Below the pieces are notes generated by a model that saw only the letters and a list, made by a program, of their open reading frames with translations, had not been told where the DNA came from and ran no database searches. The position numbers and the translations under genes were made by a program. From assembly GCF_001194135.2 (NCBI RefSeq), contig NC_068981.1, positions 40,895,342 through 40,959,341 of the forward strand: a stretch of DNA of 64,000 bases, in the 5' to 3' direction. The stretch is from Octopus bimaculoides. Its lineage: Eukaryota. The first letter of the stretch is position 1; each line of letters begins with the position of its first letter. Shown piece by piece: positions 63,745-64,000 of this stretch.

Positions 63745-64000
63745 TCATCATCATCATCATCATCATCGTTTAACGTCCGCTTTCCATGCTAGCATGGGTT
63801 GGACGATTTGACTGAGGACTGGTGAAACCGGATGGCAACACCAGGCTCCAATCTAATTTGGCAGAGTTTCTACAGCTGGATGCCCTTCCTAACGCCAACC
63901 ACTCAGAGAGTGTAGTGGGTGCTTTTACGTGTCACCCACACGAAAACGGCCACGCTCGAAATGGTGTCTTTTATGTGCCACCCGCACAAGCCAGTCCAGG
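63745..64000 (-). mobile_element. RTE 3'-tail fragment running off the window end
   Basis: Near-identical reverse complement of 54350-54608. Confidence 0.9.

Overview
AT-rich, repeat-dense animal genomic DNA with three assembly gaps (12194-13098, 53440-54137, 56017-56026). The repeat landscape suggests a coleoid cephalopod such as Octopus; this is an inference. Two spliced genes lie on the + strand. The first is an NHE8/SLC9A8 Na+/H+ exchanger with 15 coding exons at 13912-32182; its first exon was not found. One of its introns (21856-24180) is U12-type, with a GTATCCTTT donor and a TTCCTTAAT branch point. The second is the 5' part of a SAC1/SACM1L phosphoinositide phosphatase (exons 1-5, 39257-63133), which continues past the window. 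Introns and intergenic DNA hold RTE LINEs (one nearly full length), many RTE 3'-tail fragments, tRNA-derived SINEs, two mariners, a pogo-type element with a Brinker-like DNA-binding domain, hAT MITEs, a non-autonomous Helitron, and CR1/L2-like and R4-like fragments. The most unusual observations are four. (i) The RTE 3' UTR is built of 60-70-nt units with a conserved GCCAGT-N8-ACTGGC stem and freely varying loops, expanded into arrays at two gaps. (ii) A Penelope-like remnant is flanked by two decayed hammerhead ribozyme motifs. (iii) Several long fold-back hairpins occur, including a 226-nt one in a SAC1 intron whose mismatches are mostly G-U wobbles on the sense strand. (iv) A possible U2-type intron is nested inside the U12 intron.
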